Assembly (NCBI GenBank): GCA_945492935.1
Contig: CALYVE010000001.1
Span: 1-37,476, forward strand
Reading direction: 5' to 3'
DNA: 37,476 bases
Source: an uncultured Lachnospiraceae bacterium
GTDB taxonomy: Bacteria; Bacillota; Clostridia; Lachnospirales; Lachnospiraceae
The first letter of the stretch is position 1. Each line of letters begins with the position of its first letter. Below the pieces are notes generated by a model that had not been told where the DNA came from, made no database searches, and was given only the letters and a program-made list of their open reading frames with translations. The translations under genes and the position numbers were made by a program. This document shows positions 18,923 through 26,939 of the stretch, one piece after another.

Positions 18923-20362
18923 ATAAATCAAGTAAATATCCATATTTTCAGTCTTTTTATCATACACAATGTGGTCCACCACAGAGCGGATTGCATTTTC
19001 TTTTTTCGAATTGTCCGCATCGGACACAATCACATCATATACGCTGCGTATTCGCGCAAGCATATCCTCCCGGCTGCCTCCCTGTCTGGAGGCAAGAGAC
19101 AGCTCGTCTATGGCAGCCTGCAGGTTAGAGCGTTCCGCATCGAGCTTGCTTCGGTTGGAGCGGTAGTCCTCTATAGAATCGATGCCGGAGAGATAAGCAT
19201 CGCGGGCGCGCTCCTCCTTGATAGAAAGCTTGGCAAGGTTATCGCGAAGCAGATCAAGAGTGCCATCGTTATCGGAATGCCGGATGACCTCATAGGTAAA
19301 ATCGGCACCGGCGAGGAATTGCGCAAAGGCATCGCAGACGGCAGCAGACGCACGATTGTAGGAGATAAAGTGCGACACGCTGCATTTGCCCTTTGAATAA
19401 TGCATACACTGATAGCCGCCGGCGGCCGAGCCGCTGCTTGCCAGAAGAGAACCACATGCGCTGCACCGGAGCATACCGGACAGCCAGTGGGCGTGAAGCT
19501 CTGCAGGCCTGCGTTTCACATGGCGATGCGAGGCAAGAAGCTTGTCATTGACGTTCTGCCAAAGCTCTTCGGATACAATCGGCTCGTGATTGCCTTTTTC
19601 AACAATGCAATTCGCTGCAATGAGGTTCTTATGATTTCGCATGTCCTTTCTGCCATCCGGATTCCAGCGCACATATCCCTTGTACACAGGATTTTGAAGA
19701 ACATACTGGACGGTGCGATTCTCCCACGTGTTTCCGCGGATCGTCCTTATGCCGAGCTTGTTGAGCTCCTTTGCAATCAGGAAGGGGGAGCTGCCATTGA
19801 GGTAATCCTCATACATCTTGCGGACAATCTTTGCATTCTCCGGAATCGGACAGAGCGTACCGGCATCCATCCGGTAGCCGAACGGGGCATAAGTCTGGTA
19901 TTCTCCGCGGCGCGCCTTCTCTGTCATACCCTTCTTTACCTCGTCGGAGAGGTTGAGAGAGTAGTATTCAGCCATAGCCTCAAGCATAGCCTCAAGGATA
20001 ACGGAAAACTTATCGTCCTCAATGTGCTCTGTGATACTGACTACAGAGATACCACATTCTTTACGCAGCAGGGATTTATACACGATGCTGTCCTCGCGGC
20101 TGCGGGCAAAGCGGTCAAATTTATGCACGAGGATAAGGTCAAACGGCCGGGGCTTCTGCTTTGCACGCGCAATCATAGCCATAAAAGCTGGACGTTTTTC
20201 GGCTCTTCGGCCGGAGATGCCCTCGTCGGTGTAAATAAACTCCTTTGAGACAAGAATATTGTTTTTTCTGGCATAATCGAGCAGGGCACGGCGTTGTGCA
20301 TCCGGCGAATACTCGGTCTGGTCATCCGTGCTGACGCGGATATATAGTGCTGCAGTCTGCAT
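18917..20362 (-). CDS. int: Large serine recombinase (integrase)
   Basis: YIRVSTDDQ (catalytic Ser), DEGISG, DRFARS, recombinase domain, zinc ribbon LSGMLRCSACG, coiled coil. Confidence 0.96.
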   Translation of the reverse strand: MQTAALYIRVSTDDQTEYSPDAQRRALLDYARKNNILVSKEFIYTDEGISGRRAEKRPAFMAMIARAKQKPRPFDLILVHKFDRFARSREDSIVYKSLLRKECGISVVSITEHIEDDKFSVILEAMLEAMAEYYSLNLSDEVKKGMTEKARRGEYQTYAPFGYRMDAGTLCPIPENAKIVRKMYEDYLNGSSPFLIAKELNKLGIRTIRGNTWENRTVQYVLQNPVYKGYVRWNPDGRKDMRNHKNLIAANCIVEKGNHEPIVSEELWQNVNDKLLASHRHVKRRPAELHAHWLSGMLRCSACGSLLASSGSAAGGYQCMHYSKGKCSVSHFISYNRASAAVCDAFAQFLAGADFTYEVIRHSDNDGTLDLLRDNLAKLSIKEERARDAYLSGIDSIEDYRSNRSKLDAERSNLQAAIDELSLASRQGGSREDMLARIRSVYDVIVSDADNSKKENAIRSVVDHIVYDKKTENMDIYLIYS

Positions 20363-20495
20363 AACATCATCCTTCCTAAATAATGTTTATGAAAAAAAGG
20401 TAAAAAAATACAGATTGCATCTTGCAAACTGTTCTCGGAGAATGTATAATAACATTGTCTTGATAATATATCTTACCGAGAATAAGATAGTGAGG

Positions 20496-20531
20496 CCGCT
20501 TTGGTGTTGCAGCACCAAGGCGGTTTTCATT
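20496..20531. terminator. Intrinsic terminator-like hairpin upstream of int
   Basis: CCGCTTTGGTG-ttgcag-CACCAAGGCGG followed by TTTTCATTT on the + strand. Confidence 0.6.
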
Positions 20532-20534
20532 TGT

Positions 20535-20975
20535 TTAAAATAAAGATGGCAATATAATATACATGACATCGACATATAAAAAGAATAATGCGATTATCAT
20601 AACTACATCAGCACCTGGTGTATCTGATGCCTTTTTACTAAAGACACCGTTTTCTTCCTTAGTTGCTTTGCTTACAATCAAACGACCTTGACCATCAGTG
20701 AATGATTCACTATACAGGGCATATATATCAAACAATGCCAATATATATGAAATGCAAAAACAGATTAAAGCAATAGTAAAGGAATGAGAAAAGGATACGC
20801 CTAATGCGTCACATATTCTGAATATCGTAGCGGTACTGCCGAGAAGTACGTACAATATTCCGGAAAGATATTTACCGGTATAAAAACGGTGTAGACCGAA
20901 TCCGTTAAAAAACAGAGCAAATAATACGGTCTTCATTTCACTTTTTGGACTAATTTCGCTTGCATCAATTCTCAT
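20535..20975 (-). CDS. TM2-domain membrane protein in the lysogeny region
   Basis: LFALFFNGFGLHRFYTGKYLSGILY is the TM2 motif; several hydrophobic helices. Confidence 0.82.
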   Translation of the reverse strand: MRIDASEISPKSEMKTVLFALFFNGFGLHRFYTGKYLSGILYVLLGSTATIFRICDALGVSFSHSFTIALICFCISYILALFDIYALYSESFTDGQGRLIVSKATKEENGVFSKKASDTPGADVVMIIALFFLYVDVMYIILPSLF

Positions 20976-20986
20976 ATAACTCCCCC

Positions 20987-21263
20987 TTATTTGAATAGTT
21001 CGATAACGGCCAAAGACGGATCGAACATTATAATATAGTTATCCAGCTTTACGCTGGTACCATACTTGCTTTTGTAACATTGCAAAGCTTCAAGTAGAAA
21101 TTCCTCTGTCACTCCGAGATAATCAGCCATCTCTGATTTGGAAGAGCAGCGGTGATGATAAGCACGGACAATGCCTGATAATCCAATCAATCGGTCATAA
21201 GCATATAATCTACCGGCACGTTCCTGCTTTTCTGACTGTGTTTAGTTGATAGATTTGTTCCAT
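20987..21263 (-). pseudogene. ImmA/IrrE-like anti-repressor protease, C-terminal fragment only
   Basis: KQERAGRLYAYDRLIGLSGIVRAY..EMADYLGVTEEFL present, HExxH half absent; the upstream ATG (21263) with RBS is out of frame. Confidence 0.7.
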
Positions 21264-21437
21264 AATTCACCTCCGCAATATGTTTTAGTAAGGATGACTT
21301 TCTGTACTACATGTGAGCAAATATTTCAATCAATCCTACGGAGCATTTTCTGTAAAAATCTCCTCTCATGTAAGTATTTTCCTAAATTAAACTTATACTG
21401 TGGAATATCCACAATATAAGGAAGGGAGGATAAACAG

Positions 21438-21542
21438 ATGTCCAATGAAGGATTAAAAGCAATCATACATAAGATGATTGATGCTATTTCAGATAAGAAT
21501 ATCTTGATAAAGATATATACATTCATTAAATATCTGAAATAA
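21438..21542 (+). CDS. 34-aa peptide convergent with the repressor (not in ORF track)
   Basis: GGGAGGA RBS; MSNEGLKAIIHKMIDAISDKNILIKIYTFIKYLK; followed by hairpin GGACAGG-tagtt-CCTGTCC. Confidence 0.6.
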   Translation: MSNEGLKAIIHKMIDAISDKNILIKIYTFIKYLK

Positions 21543-21584
21543 GCACTGGGACAGGTAGTTCCTGTCCGGCAGAGGGGGCGGGAG

Positions 21585-21956
21585 TTATTCTTGCTCCCTC
21601 ATATTGTCCGATAATTTATGTATGAAATCACGGAACAGCTTTTTGCTATCATCATCCAGCTTCCAATATTCAATAATCAAACTACGCACGAAAGCATCAT
21701 TTGAAAGCGATGCTGCAGCTCTTGTAAATTCATCTTCTGTAAAATCCAAGAACATATCGCCGTTGCCATTTCGCAACCATTCTTCATTAACATTAAATTC
21801 ACGACATATAGAAATGATAGTTTGGTCTGATGGGTTGCTTCCGCTTTCGATTTTACTGATTGCAGAGCGTGTCAAGCCAATTCTTCCGCCAAACTTTTCC
21901 ATACTCAAACCTAATTCTTCACGAAGAACTTTAATTCTCTCATTCAAAATTAACAC
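21585..21956 (-). CDS. CI-like XRE HTH repressor
   Basis: ERIKVLREELGLSMEKFGGRIGLTRSAISKIESG..ICREFNVNEEWLRNGNGDMF; no S24 autoprotease domain. Confidence 0.92.
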   Translation of the reverse strand: MLILNERIKVLREELGLSMEKFGGRIGLTRSAISKIESGSNPSDQTIISICREFNVNEEWLRNGNGDMFLDFTEDEFTRAAASLSNDAFVRSLIIEYWKLDDDSKKLFRDFIHKLSDNMREQE

Positions 21957-21993
21957 CCCTTTCTCTTAGTTTACCATTATTATATATGCTGCT

Positions 21994-22070
21994 GTTGAAT
22001 TAGTCAACAAAAAATTCAAAAATGTGTTGACAACGTTGAAACATTCAACTATAATGTAGATACATTCAAC
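21994..22070. promoter_or_regulatory. Lysis/lysogeny switch: consensus early promoter with three operators
   Basis: TTGACA 22027-22032, 17 bp, TATAAT 22050-22055; GTTGA-N5-TCAAC at 21994-22008 and 22035-22049, and with one mismatch at 22056-22070. Confidence 0.85.
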
Positions 22071-22090
22071 AAAGGAAGGAGTGAATCAAC

Positions 22091-22264
22091 ATGGCAAATA
22101 CCGAAGAAATCAGAAAGTCAATGAATGCTACGGATACAAAGGAAGTCACAGATTTGTTGGAATCCTTGGATGACAACTCCAAGGCACTGGCAAAAACGTA
22201 TTTATCAGCATTAGCAGATAGACAGCGTATTGAACGGATAAAGCTGGAAGCAATATCGGTGTAG
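22091..22264 (+). CDS. 57-aa first early gene (not in ORF track)
   Basis: AAGGAG RBS after the early promoter; MANTEEIRKSMNATDTKEVTDLLESLDDNSKALAKTYLSALADRQRIERIKLEAISV. Confidence 0.7.
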   Translation: MANTEEIRKSMNATDTKEVTDLLESLDDNSKALAKTYLSALADRQRIERIKLEAISV

Positions 22265-22349
22265 AGGTTGGTGAGTACGCAAGTATATGTACGGCATTAA
22301 ATGTATCAGTCAGTAGTTTTTTGTGTAGGAGATCAACCGAGAAAGGAGC

Positions 22350-22682
22350 GTGAGAAAGATGCAGATAATAAAAGAAGAGAATCTGGAGGAGTTAATTAAG
22401 ATAAGCAGGAAAATAGGAACGACAGATAAATGGAATCCGGAGATTATTGAGGAAGCGAGAGCAGGGCTGATATCAGCGAAAATAATTATGGATCGAGAGT
22501 TCAATGTGGCAATGAAGCGGGACATTAAAAGACTGATTGCAGATGCATTTGTGTGTCTTACATATAACTCGGAAATTATGGGAGAGGAAGAGCAGGAGAG
22601 ATTCATACAAAAGAAAGCGCATCAGATGAAAGAGGAGTTATGCAAATTCATTGATGCGCAGGCGAAAGTAGTGAAAGGCTAA
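22350..22682 (+). CDS. Hypothetical early protein
   Basis: AAAGGAG RBS; ORF in the early operon. Confidence 0.6.
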   Translation: MRKMQIIKEENLEELIKISRKIGTTDKWNPEIIEEARAGLISAKIIMDREFNVAMKRDIKRLIADAFVCLTYNSEIMGEEEQERFIQKKAHQMKEELCKFIDAQAKVVKG

Positions 22683-23047
22683 ATAAGCTCCATAATGATA
22701 TCAACAATTTTTTTAAATGTAGAAGCATCAGATCGAGAAATTACGCTTTTGAACTTCTCCCAAGCAGTTTTTGGGCGAATGATTTCAAGAAAATCATATC
22801 CTTCAACTGTAATACTAGTGACAACAGCAGAAACAATTTGTCCTTCGCCATACAGAAGATTGCATTCCAAGTAATTTGCTATGGACAATGATTCAATGGC
22901 AGAAATGATTTCTGATTTACTGTAGTTTTCAAGACTAGTTGAGAAGTCTGAAAGAGTAAGAAAACGTTTATGTGATTCATCGGAAGGCTCGGTTTTCTTT
23001 TCGAAAAGGAGCAGGATGTCACGTACACAGTCACAGTTCAGCTTCAT
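22679..23047 (-). CDS. DUF2513-like winged-helix protein, independently expressed moron
   Basis: MKLNCDCVRDILL..ITVEGYDFLE.IR..W pattern; own RBS and promoter. Confidence 0.72.
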   Translation of the reverse strand: MKLNCDCVRDILLLFEKKTEPSDESHKRFLTLSDFSTSLENYSKSEIISAIESLSIANYLECNLLYGEGQIVSAVVTSITVEGYDFLEIIRPKTAWEKFKSVISRSDASTFKKIVDIIMELI

Positions 23048-23095
23048 AGTAATCTCCTTTCTATGTACTCAGCTCTGCCGGGAGCCTGTAACAGT

Positions 23096-23124
23096 AGTAT
23101 AAGGAGAAAAATGTAAAATGTCAA
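23096..23124 (-). promoter_or_regulatory. sigmaA promoter of the DUF2513-like moron
   Basis: Minus strand TTGACA (23124-23119), 17 bp, TATACT (23101-23096). Confidence 0.75.
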
Positions 23125-23149
23125 ATTGTGAGAAAGGAGCGAGAGAGAG

Positions 23150-23383
23150 ATGCATAAAAGGCACCGGGAAGAAAAAAGAGAGTTCACGGATGCGGAAACG
23201 TTAAAAGAGCGATACGGGGGAAGATACGCATATGAGTGGTTCATGAGATATCATGATGAATTACATTTGAGATGTGCAAAGGATTATACGGACAACAGAA
23301 TAAAGAAGATAACCGCATTTATTGCAGCAAATACGGTTATCACAGTTTTGTTACTGGTTGCAGTTATTTTGCAGCATTTATAA
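23150..23383 (+). CDS. Small protein with C-terminal transmembrane helix
   Basis: RBS; ITAFIAANTVITVLLLVAVIL. Confidence 0.6.
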   Translation: MHKRHREEKREFTDAETLKERYGGRYAYEWFMRYHDELHLRCAKDYTDNRIKKITAFIAANTVITVLLLVAVILQHL

Positions 23384-23404
23384 AGCCCAAAGGAGCGTGA
23401 AAGA

Positions 23405-23647
23405 ATGAGTACAAAAAAAATAGTTAAAGACGCAGTGAGAAGAACTATCGTGAATCAATGCAGTTATGTTGACAGATTGATTATGAGCGAGACATTACAA
23501 AGCCCTACGCAAATAGCACAAAATGTATCTGCACTCGCAGAGTTGATAAGAGAAAGTGCAGCACTTGGAATTATTGCTAAAAAAGATGAATTAGATTTTA
23601 AAAATAGTCTCGAAACAAGTACAAGCGAAGAGAATAGATTTTCATAG
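23405..23647 (+). CDS. Hypothetical protein
   Basis: AAGGAG RBS. Confidence 0.55.
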   Translation: MSTKKIVKDAVRRTIVNQCSYVDRLIMSETLQSPTQIAQNVSALAELIRESAALGIIAKKDELDFKNSLETSTSEENRFS

Positions 23648-23658
23648 GGGGTGAATTT

Positions 23659-23829
23659 ATGAAAAAGCCTATCACAACAAGAATGCTCGTAAGCATCAAT
23701 GGAAAGTATGTACCATTGGATAGTCTGCCGGAGGAGCAAAGAAAAAAGATTGCAGCAGAGCTTAATGACAGAGCCTTGCGCTCCATAGGATATGTGCCGG
23801 TGAAAGATAGCAGGAGCTCTACTGCGTAA
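23659..23829 (+). CDS. 56-aa hypothetical protein (not in ORF track)
   Basis: GGGGGTG RBS; MKKPITTRMLVSINGKYVPLDSLPEEQRKKIAAELNDRALRSIGYVPV. Confidence 0.65.
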   Translation: MKKPITTRMLVSINGKYVPLDSLPEEQRKKIAAELNDRALRSIGYVPVKDSRSSTA

Positions 23830-23870
23830 GAGGCGGAAGATTGAGGAAAAAGCACTCCTGAACTTCAGGA

Positions 23871-24131
23871 GTGAACATGAATTGGACAAGCAGGGAGGAA
23901 AAGAACGTGGGAATATTAAAAATCAGGAATAACCGGAAGGCAGAGCTGCAGCGCCTGCGAGAGAGCGAGAGAGCTCTTGCATCGGAGCTTGCTGATATGA
24001 GACAGATCGAACGCGCAAGACAGAAGAGCATGGACCGCATCTCATTGGGAGAGTGCTTGCGAATGAACCAGGTGCTCGGGTGGACGGTGATGGTAGAATC
24101 CGGGCATGTGACAAAGCTGGGAAGATTGTAG
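23871..24131 (+). CDS. Hypothetical protein (start uncertain, possibly GTG near 23908)
   Basis: GGAGG RBS near 23893; ORF in the early operon. Confidence 0.55.
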   Translation: MNMNWTSREEKNVGILKIRNNRKAELQRLRESERALASELADMRQIERARQKSMDRISLGECLRMNQVLGWTVMVESGHVTKLGRL

Positions 24132-24145
24132 GAGGGGAGCAATGT

Positions 24146-24301
24146 ATGAAGCAGCCAAAGAAGCCTACGAGGGACCAGAAAGGGATGATAGCGGCAGCAG
24201 GACTGGACTGGCACTCATGGATGATACAGGGAGAGGACAAGTCCTATATGTACATAGTGAGCAAGCGTTCCGGACAGCGCCGCAAGATACCAAAAGACTA
24301 A
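24146..24301 (+). CDS. Small basic phage protein (DUF6906-like)
   Basis: MKQPKKPTRDQK..IAAAGL..W pattern; strong RBS. Confidence 0.65.
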   Translation: MKQPKKPTRDQKGMIAAAGLDWHSWMIQGEDKSYMYIVSKRSGQRRKIPKD

Positions 24302-24315
24302 TACGCAGAGACGGA

Positions 24316-24597
24316 ATGCGCGTCCGGCCGGAGGAGATTCCGGCAAAAAAGTACACAGAGGAAGAATTGAGGCAGAAGCTGGATTTGGCATACTGCGTGG
24401 AAAGCCGCGCGGGGCATGGGTTGGATGCTCTGGAGATAGAGTACATCGGAACGATATCAACAGAGAATCCGGAGCGTTACAAGAGGCTCTATGAGGACAG
24501 TGACGGCAATTGCTGGTACCGGACGATGTTTCTGGTCGACGGTGTGCTGATAACGGATACGGAGTATATCTTTGGGAATGAAAAAAAGAGTCTGTGA
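24316..24597 (+). CDS. Hypothetical phage protein
   Basis: EYIGT..LYEDSDGNCWYRT segment. Confidence 0.55.
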   Translation: MRVRPEEIPAKKYTEEELRQKLDLAYCVESRAGHGLDALEIEYIGTISTENPERYKRLYEDSDGNCWYRTMFLVDGVLITDTEYIFGNEKKSL

Positions 24598-24680
24598 TGA
24601 GGAAATCACAGACTCAACAGATAAAAGTGTTCGAGAAATTTATCTGTTTTCATTCTATCACGAACCGGGCAAAAAGTCAA
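24580..24680 (-). ncRNA. Candidate counter-transcribed small RNA (about 65 nt) with its promoter
   Basis: Minus strand TTGACT (24680-24675), 17 bp, TGaTAGAAT (-10 at 24657-24652); ends in an 11-bp perfect hairpin (24588-24615) plus U tract; no ORF in between. Confidence 0.55.
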
Positions 24681-24756
24681 GAAAATAGCGTGTTTTGACA
24701 CGCTTTCAAGCCTGATAAAATTTATTAGATTTAGGTACGGAGAGGATGGAAAAGGG

Positions 24757-25512
24757 ATGTATATGGTGAGAACCGTCCGGGCAGGAAGGACGGTTGAGAT
24801 AGCAATGTACTATACCAGTCGGTATGGGAAGAAAGGGCAGACAAGAGCCGACTGGACAGCACCGACACAGGAGAGTCAGAAGAGGGCAAATGCAAGGAGA
24901 GCAGAGAGAGATTTGCGGGAGCTGCTCGCGGCAAACTTCAAGGACGGAACAGATGCTCATATTGATTTTGGATACATAAGAAAAAGAGGGAGCCCCTATC
25001 GGGAGCCGGAGGATATGAAACGGGATATGAAACGTTTTCTCAAATATCTCCGGAAGGAATATAAGAAGAGGGGGAACGTTCTGAAATATGTTCACGTGAT
25101 GGAAATCGGGAAAAAAGGAAGCAGACATCACCACATGGTGATTAATGATGCAGACATTGAAATGCTGACACGGTGCTGGAAGAAAGCATATGACGGCGCA
25201 GGGAAAATCCATGTATCACCGCTGGATACCGGAGGGGACTATGCGAAGCTCGCGGCATACCTGATTAAGTATACCAGCGAGACCATCGGGACGGATGAGG
25301 CGCTGATGGGAAAAAGGTATAATTGTTCGCGTAATCTGATCCGGCCGGAACCGGTTTACCGGGCGGTAAGGTACCGCAATCAGTTCGTGAATGAACCGAA
25401 GCCGTGGAAAGGATACCGGATAGTGCCGGACAGTATTGAGCGAGGGATGAACAGCCCGGAGTATGGTGGGTATGGGTTCATACGATACCGCATGGTGAAA
25501 TTGCAGTGTTGA
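24757..25512 (+). CDS. HUH-superfamily rolling-circle-type replication initiator
   Basis: LLAANF, KYVHVMEIG, HHHMVIN (HUH), LAAYLIKY (catalytic Tyr), RYNCSRNL.RP. Confidence 0.8.
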   Translation: MYMVRTVRAGRTVEIAMYYTSRYGKKGQTRADWTAPTQESQKRANARRAERDLRELLAANFKDGTDAHIDFGYIRKRGSPYREPEDMKRDMKRFLKYLRKEYKKRGNVLKYVHVMEIGKKGSRHHHMVINDADIEMLTRCWKKAYDGAGKIHVSPLDTGGDYAKLAAYLIKYTSETIGTDEALMGKRYNCSRNLIRPEPVYRAVRYRNQFVNEPKPWKGYRIVPDSIERGMNSPEYGGYGFIRYRMVKLQC

Positions 25513-25515
25513 AAA

Positions 25516-25602
25516 CCAGCAAACCCTATATTTTACTGAATGCGAGATTGATTTTGGAAGAATAAGGAAGAAAAGACGGAAGAAAAGCCAGCAAACCCTA
25601 TA
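25516..25602 (+). repeat. 15-bp direct repeat CCAGCAAACCCTATA, two copies
   Basis: Exact copies at 25516-25530 and 25588-25602 in the gap after the Rep gene. Confidence 0.85.
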
Positions 25603-25655
25603 AAATCCTCAAGCGGAGGGGCATTTTGAAAACGTAAAAATGAGAGGAGGACAAA

Positions 25656-26093
25656 ATGAAGGTGTCAATTTATACATACACGACCATCCGCGGGCCGGCG
25701 AAGCGTACCGGGGCGATAGGCTATCTGATGGTGGTAGAGACATCCAAAGGACCGGTATCAAGACACGGCACGGAGAGCGTCGGGGAATGCAGCGGGAACC
25801 GGGCGGCATTACTGGCAGTGCTATACGCGCTGCGGCGGCTGACGAAGCCGTGCGAGCTGGTGATTTATACAGATTCTGCGTATGTGGCGAACGGAATCAC
25901 CGGGGATGCAGCCAAGTGGCAGCAGGCAGGCTGGAAGAACAGCAAGGGAGAAGACACGGCGAACCGCGAGGAGTGGGAGGAATGCCTTCGGCTGCTGTCA
26001 GGGCACCAGACAGAGGTAATCTGCGGTAAAATCCACGAATATTACTTTTGGCTCCGGAATGAGACCAGGAGAAAGGCAGGTGAGAACCATTAA
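25656..26093 (+). CDS. RNase H-fold protein
   Basis: NRAALLAVLYALRRL, IYTDSAYV, WQQAGWKNSKG..ANREEW; the first acidic catalytic residues look degenerate. Confidence 0.8.
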   Translation: MKVSIYTYTTIRGPAKRTGAIGYLMVVETSKGPVSRHGTESVGECSGNRAALLAVLYALRRLTKPCELVIYTDSAYVANGITGDAAKWQQAGWKNSKGEDTANREEWEECLRLLSGHQTEVICGKIHEYYFWLRNETRRKAGENH

Positions 26094-26388
26094 GAGCATT
26101 ATGCAAAAGGAAAAAGTATGTTTCATTTGCGGCGAGAGCATTCCGTTCGGGTACTTCAATGGGCTGGAGGAACATCATGTGTTCGGAGGCTCGAATCGAA
26201 AGAACAGCGAGAAGCGCGGATTGAAGGTGTGGCTGTGCGGCGAGAGCTGCCACCGGACGGGAAGCAACTCGGTGCACGTCAACAGAGTAATTGATGTGTG
26301 CATCAAGCAGAAAGCACAGAGTCTGTATGAAGAAAGATATGGAAGCAGGGAGGACTTCATAAGGGAGTTCGGGAAGAGCTGGTTGTAA
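26080..26388 (+). CDS. Zn-binding HNH-like nuclease family protein
   Basis: CFICG..LEEHHVFGG.NRK.SE..GLKVWLC..CH..FIREFGKSWL. Confidence 0.7.
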   Translation: MRTIKSIMQKEKVCFICGESIPFGYFNGLEEHHVFGGSNRKNSEKRGLKVWLCGESCHRTGSNSVHVNRVIDVCIKQKAQSLYEERYGSREDFIREFGKSWL

Positions 26389-26396
26389 TCACCGGA

Positions 26397-26412
26397 ATTG
26401 CACCGGTGCAAC
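26397..26412. repeat. Palindrome copy 3 (aTTGCACCGGTGCAAC)
   Basis: 15/16 match; intergenic. Confidence 0.9.
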
Positions 26413-26432
26413 AAAACAAGGAGGAAAACAAG

Positions 26433-26939
26433 ATGTTCGAGAAATTTGGAGAATTTGATTCCGTGGAGGAATTGAACCGTGCGGCCGCAGCGAAGAAAGC
26501 GGAAGGAGACGAAGAGGCGCTGATAGCTCTTGCGCTGGAGAACGGCATCGATAAAGAGGATGCAGAGGACTATATGGATGGCTGCATGGAAGAGCTGGCA
26601 ACGCCGCTGATGGCAGCAGTCGGAAAGCTGAAGGTAGAAAGCGAAGGCCTGAAGCTGTCAGGCGTACTCATGGACTGGGTGACTGAACTGATGGATCTGT
26701 GCACAGGTGACGGTAATTTCTGTATAGAGGTGCGAAGAAAAGGAAAAGACCTTGCAGGATATATTGCGCTGACAGCAGAGACAGGCTATGAACACCGATG
26801 TGTGGTAGATAAGAGGATTGTCGCAAAAGCAGGAAAGATTAAGTCAATCGTTGGTTCGCATGAGTTCGCAATCGGCATTCCGGATAAAAAGACACGTAGG
26901 GAGCTGGCGCTGAAATATTACACGGAGGCACAGGGATGA
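26433..26939 (+). CDS. Conserved phage protein of the PcfJ-associated cluster
   Basis: GGAGG RBS; MFEKFGEFDSVEELN N-terminus. Confidence 0.65.
   Translation: MFEKFGEFDSVEELNRAAAAKKAEGDEEALIALALENGIDKEDAEDYMDGCMEELATPLMAAVGKLKVESEGLKLSGVLMDWVTELMDLCTGDGNFCIEVRRKGKDLAGYIALTAETGYEHRCVVDKRIVAKAGKIKSIVGSHEFAIGIPDKKTRRELALKYYTEAQG

Noticed and set aside
18971-20248. Long + strand ORFs (141 aa and 282 aa) opposite the integrase
   Set aside because: Shadow ORFs expected from the GC-rich codon usage of int; no RBS or recognisable motif
25656-26093. RNase H as part of a retroelement or the missing DGR reverse transcriptase
   Set aside because: No adjacent RT-sized ORF with a YxDD motif in RT context; it sits next to the replication initiator
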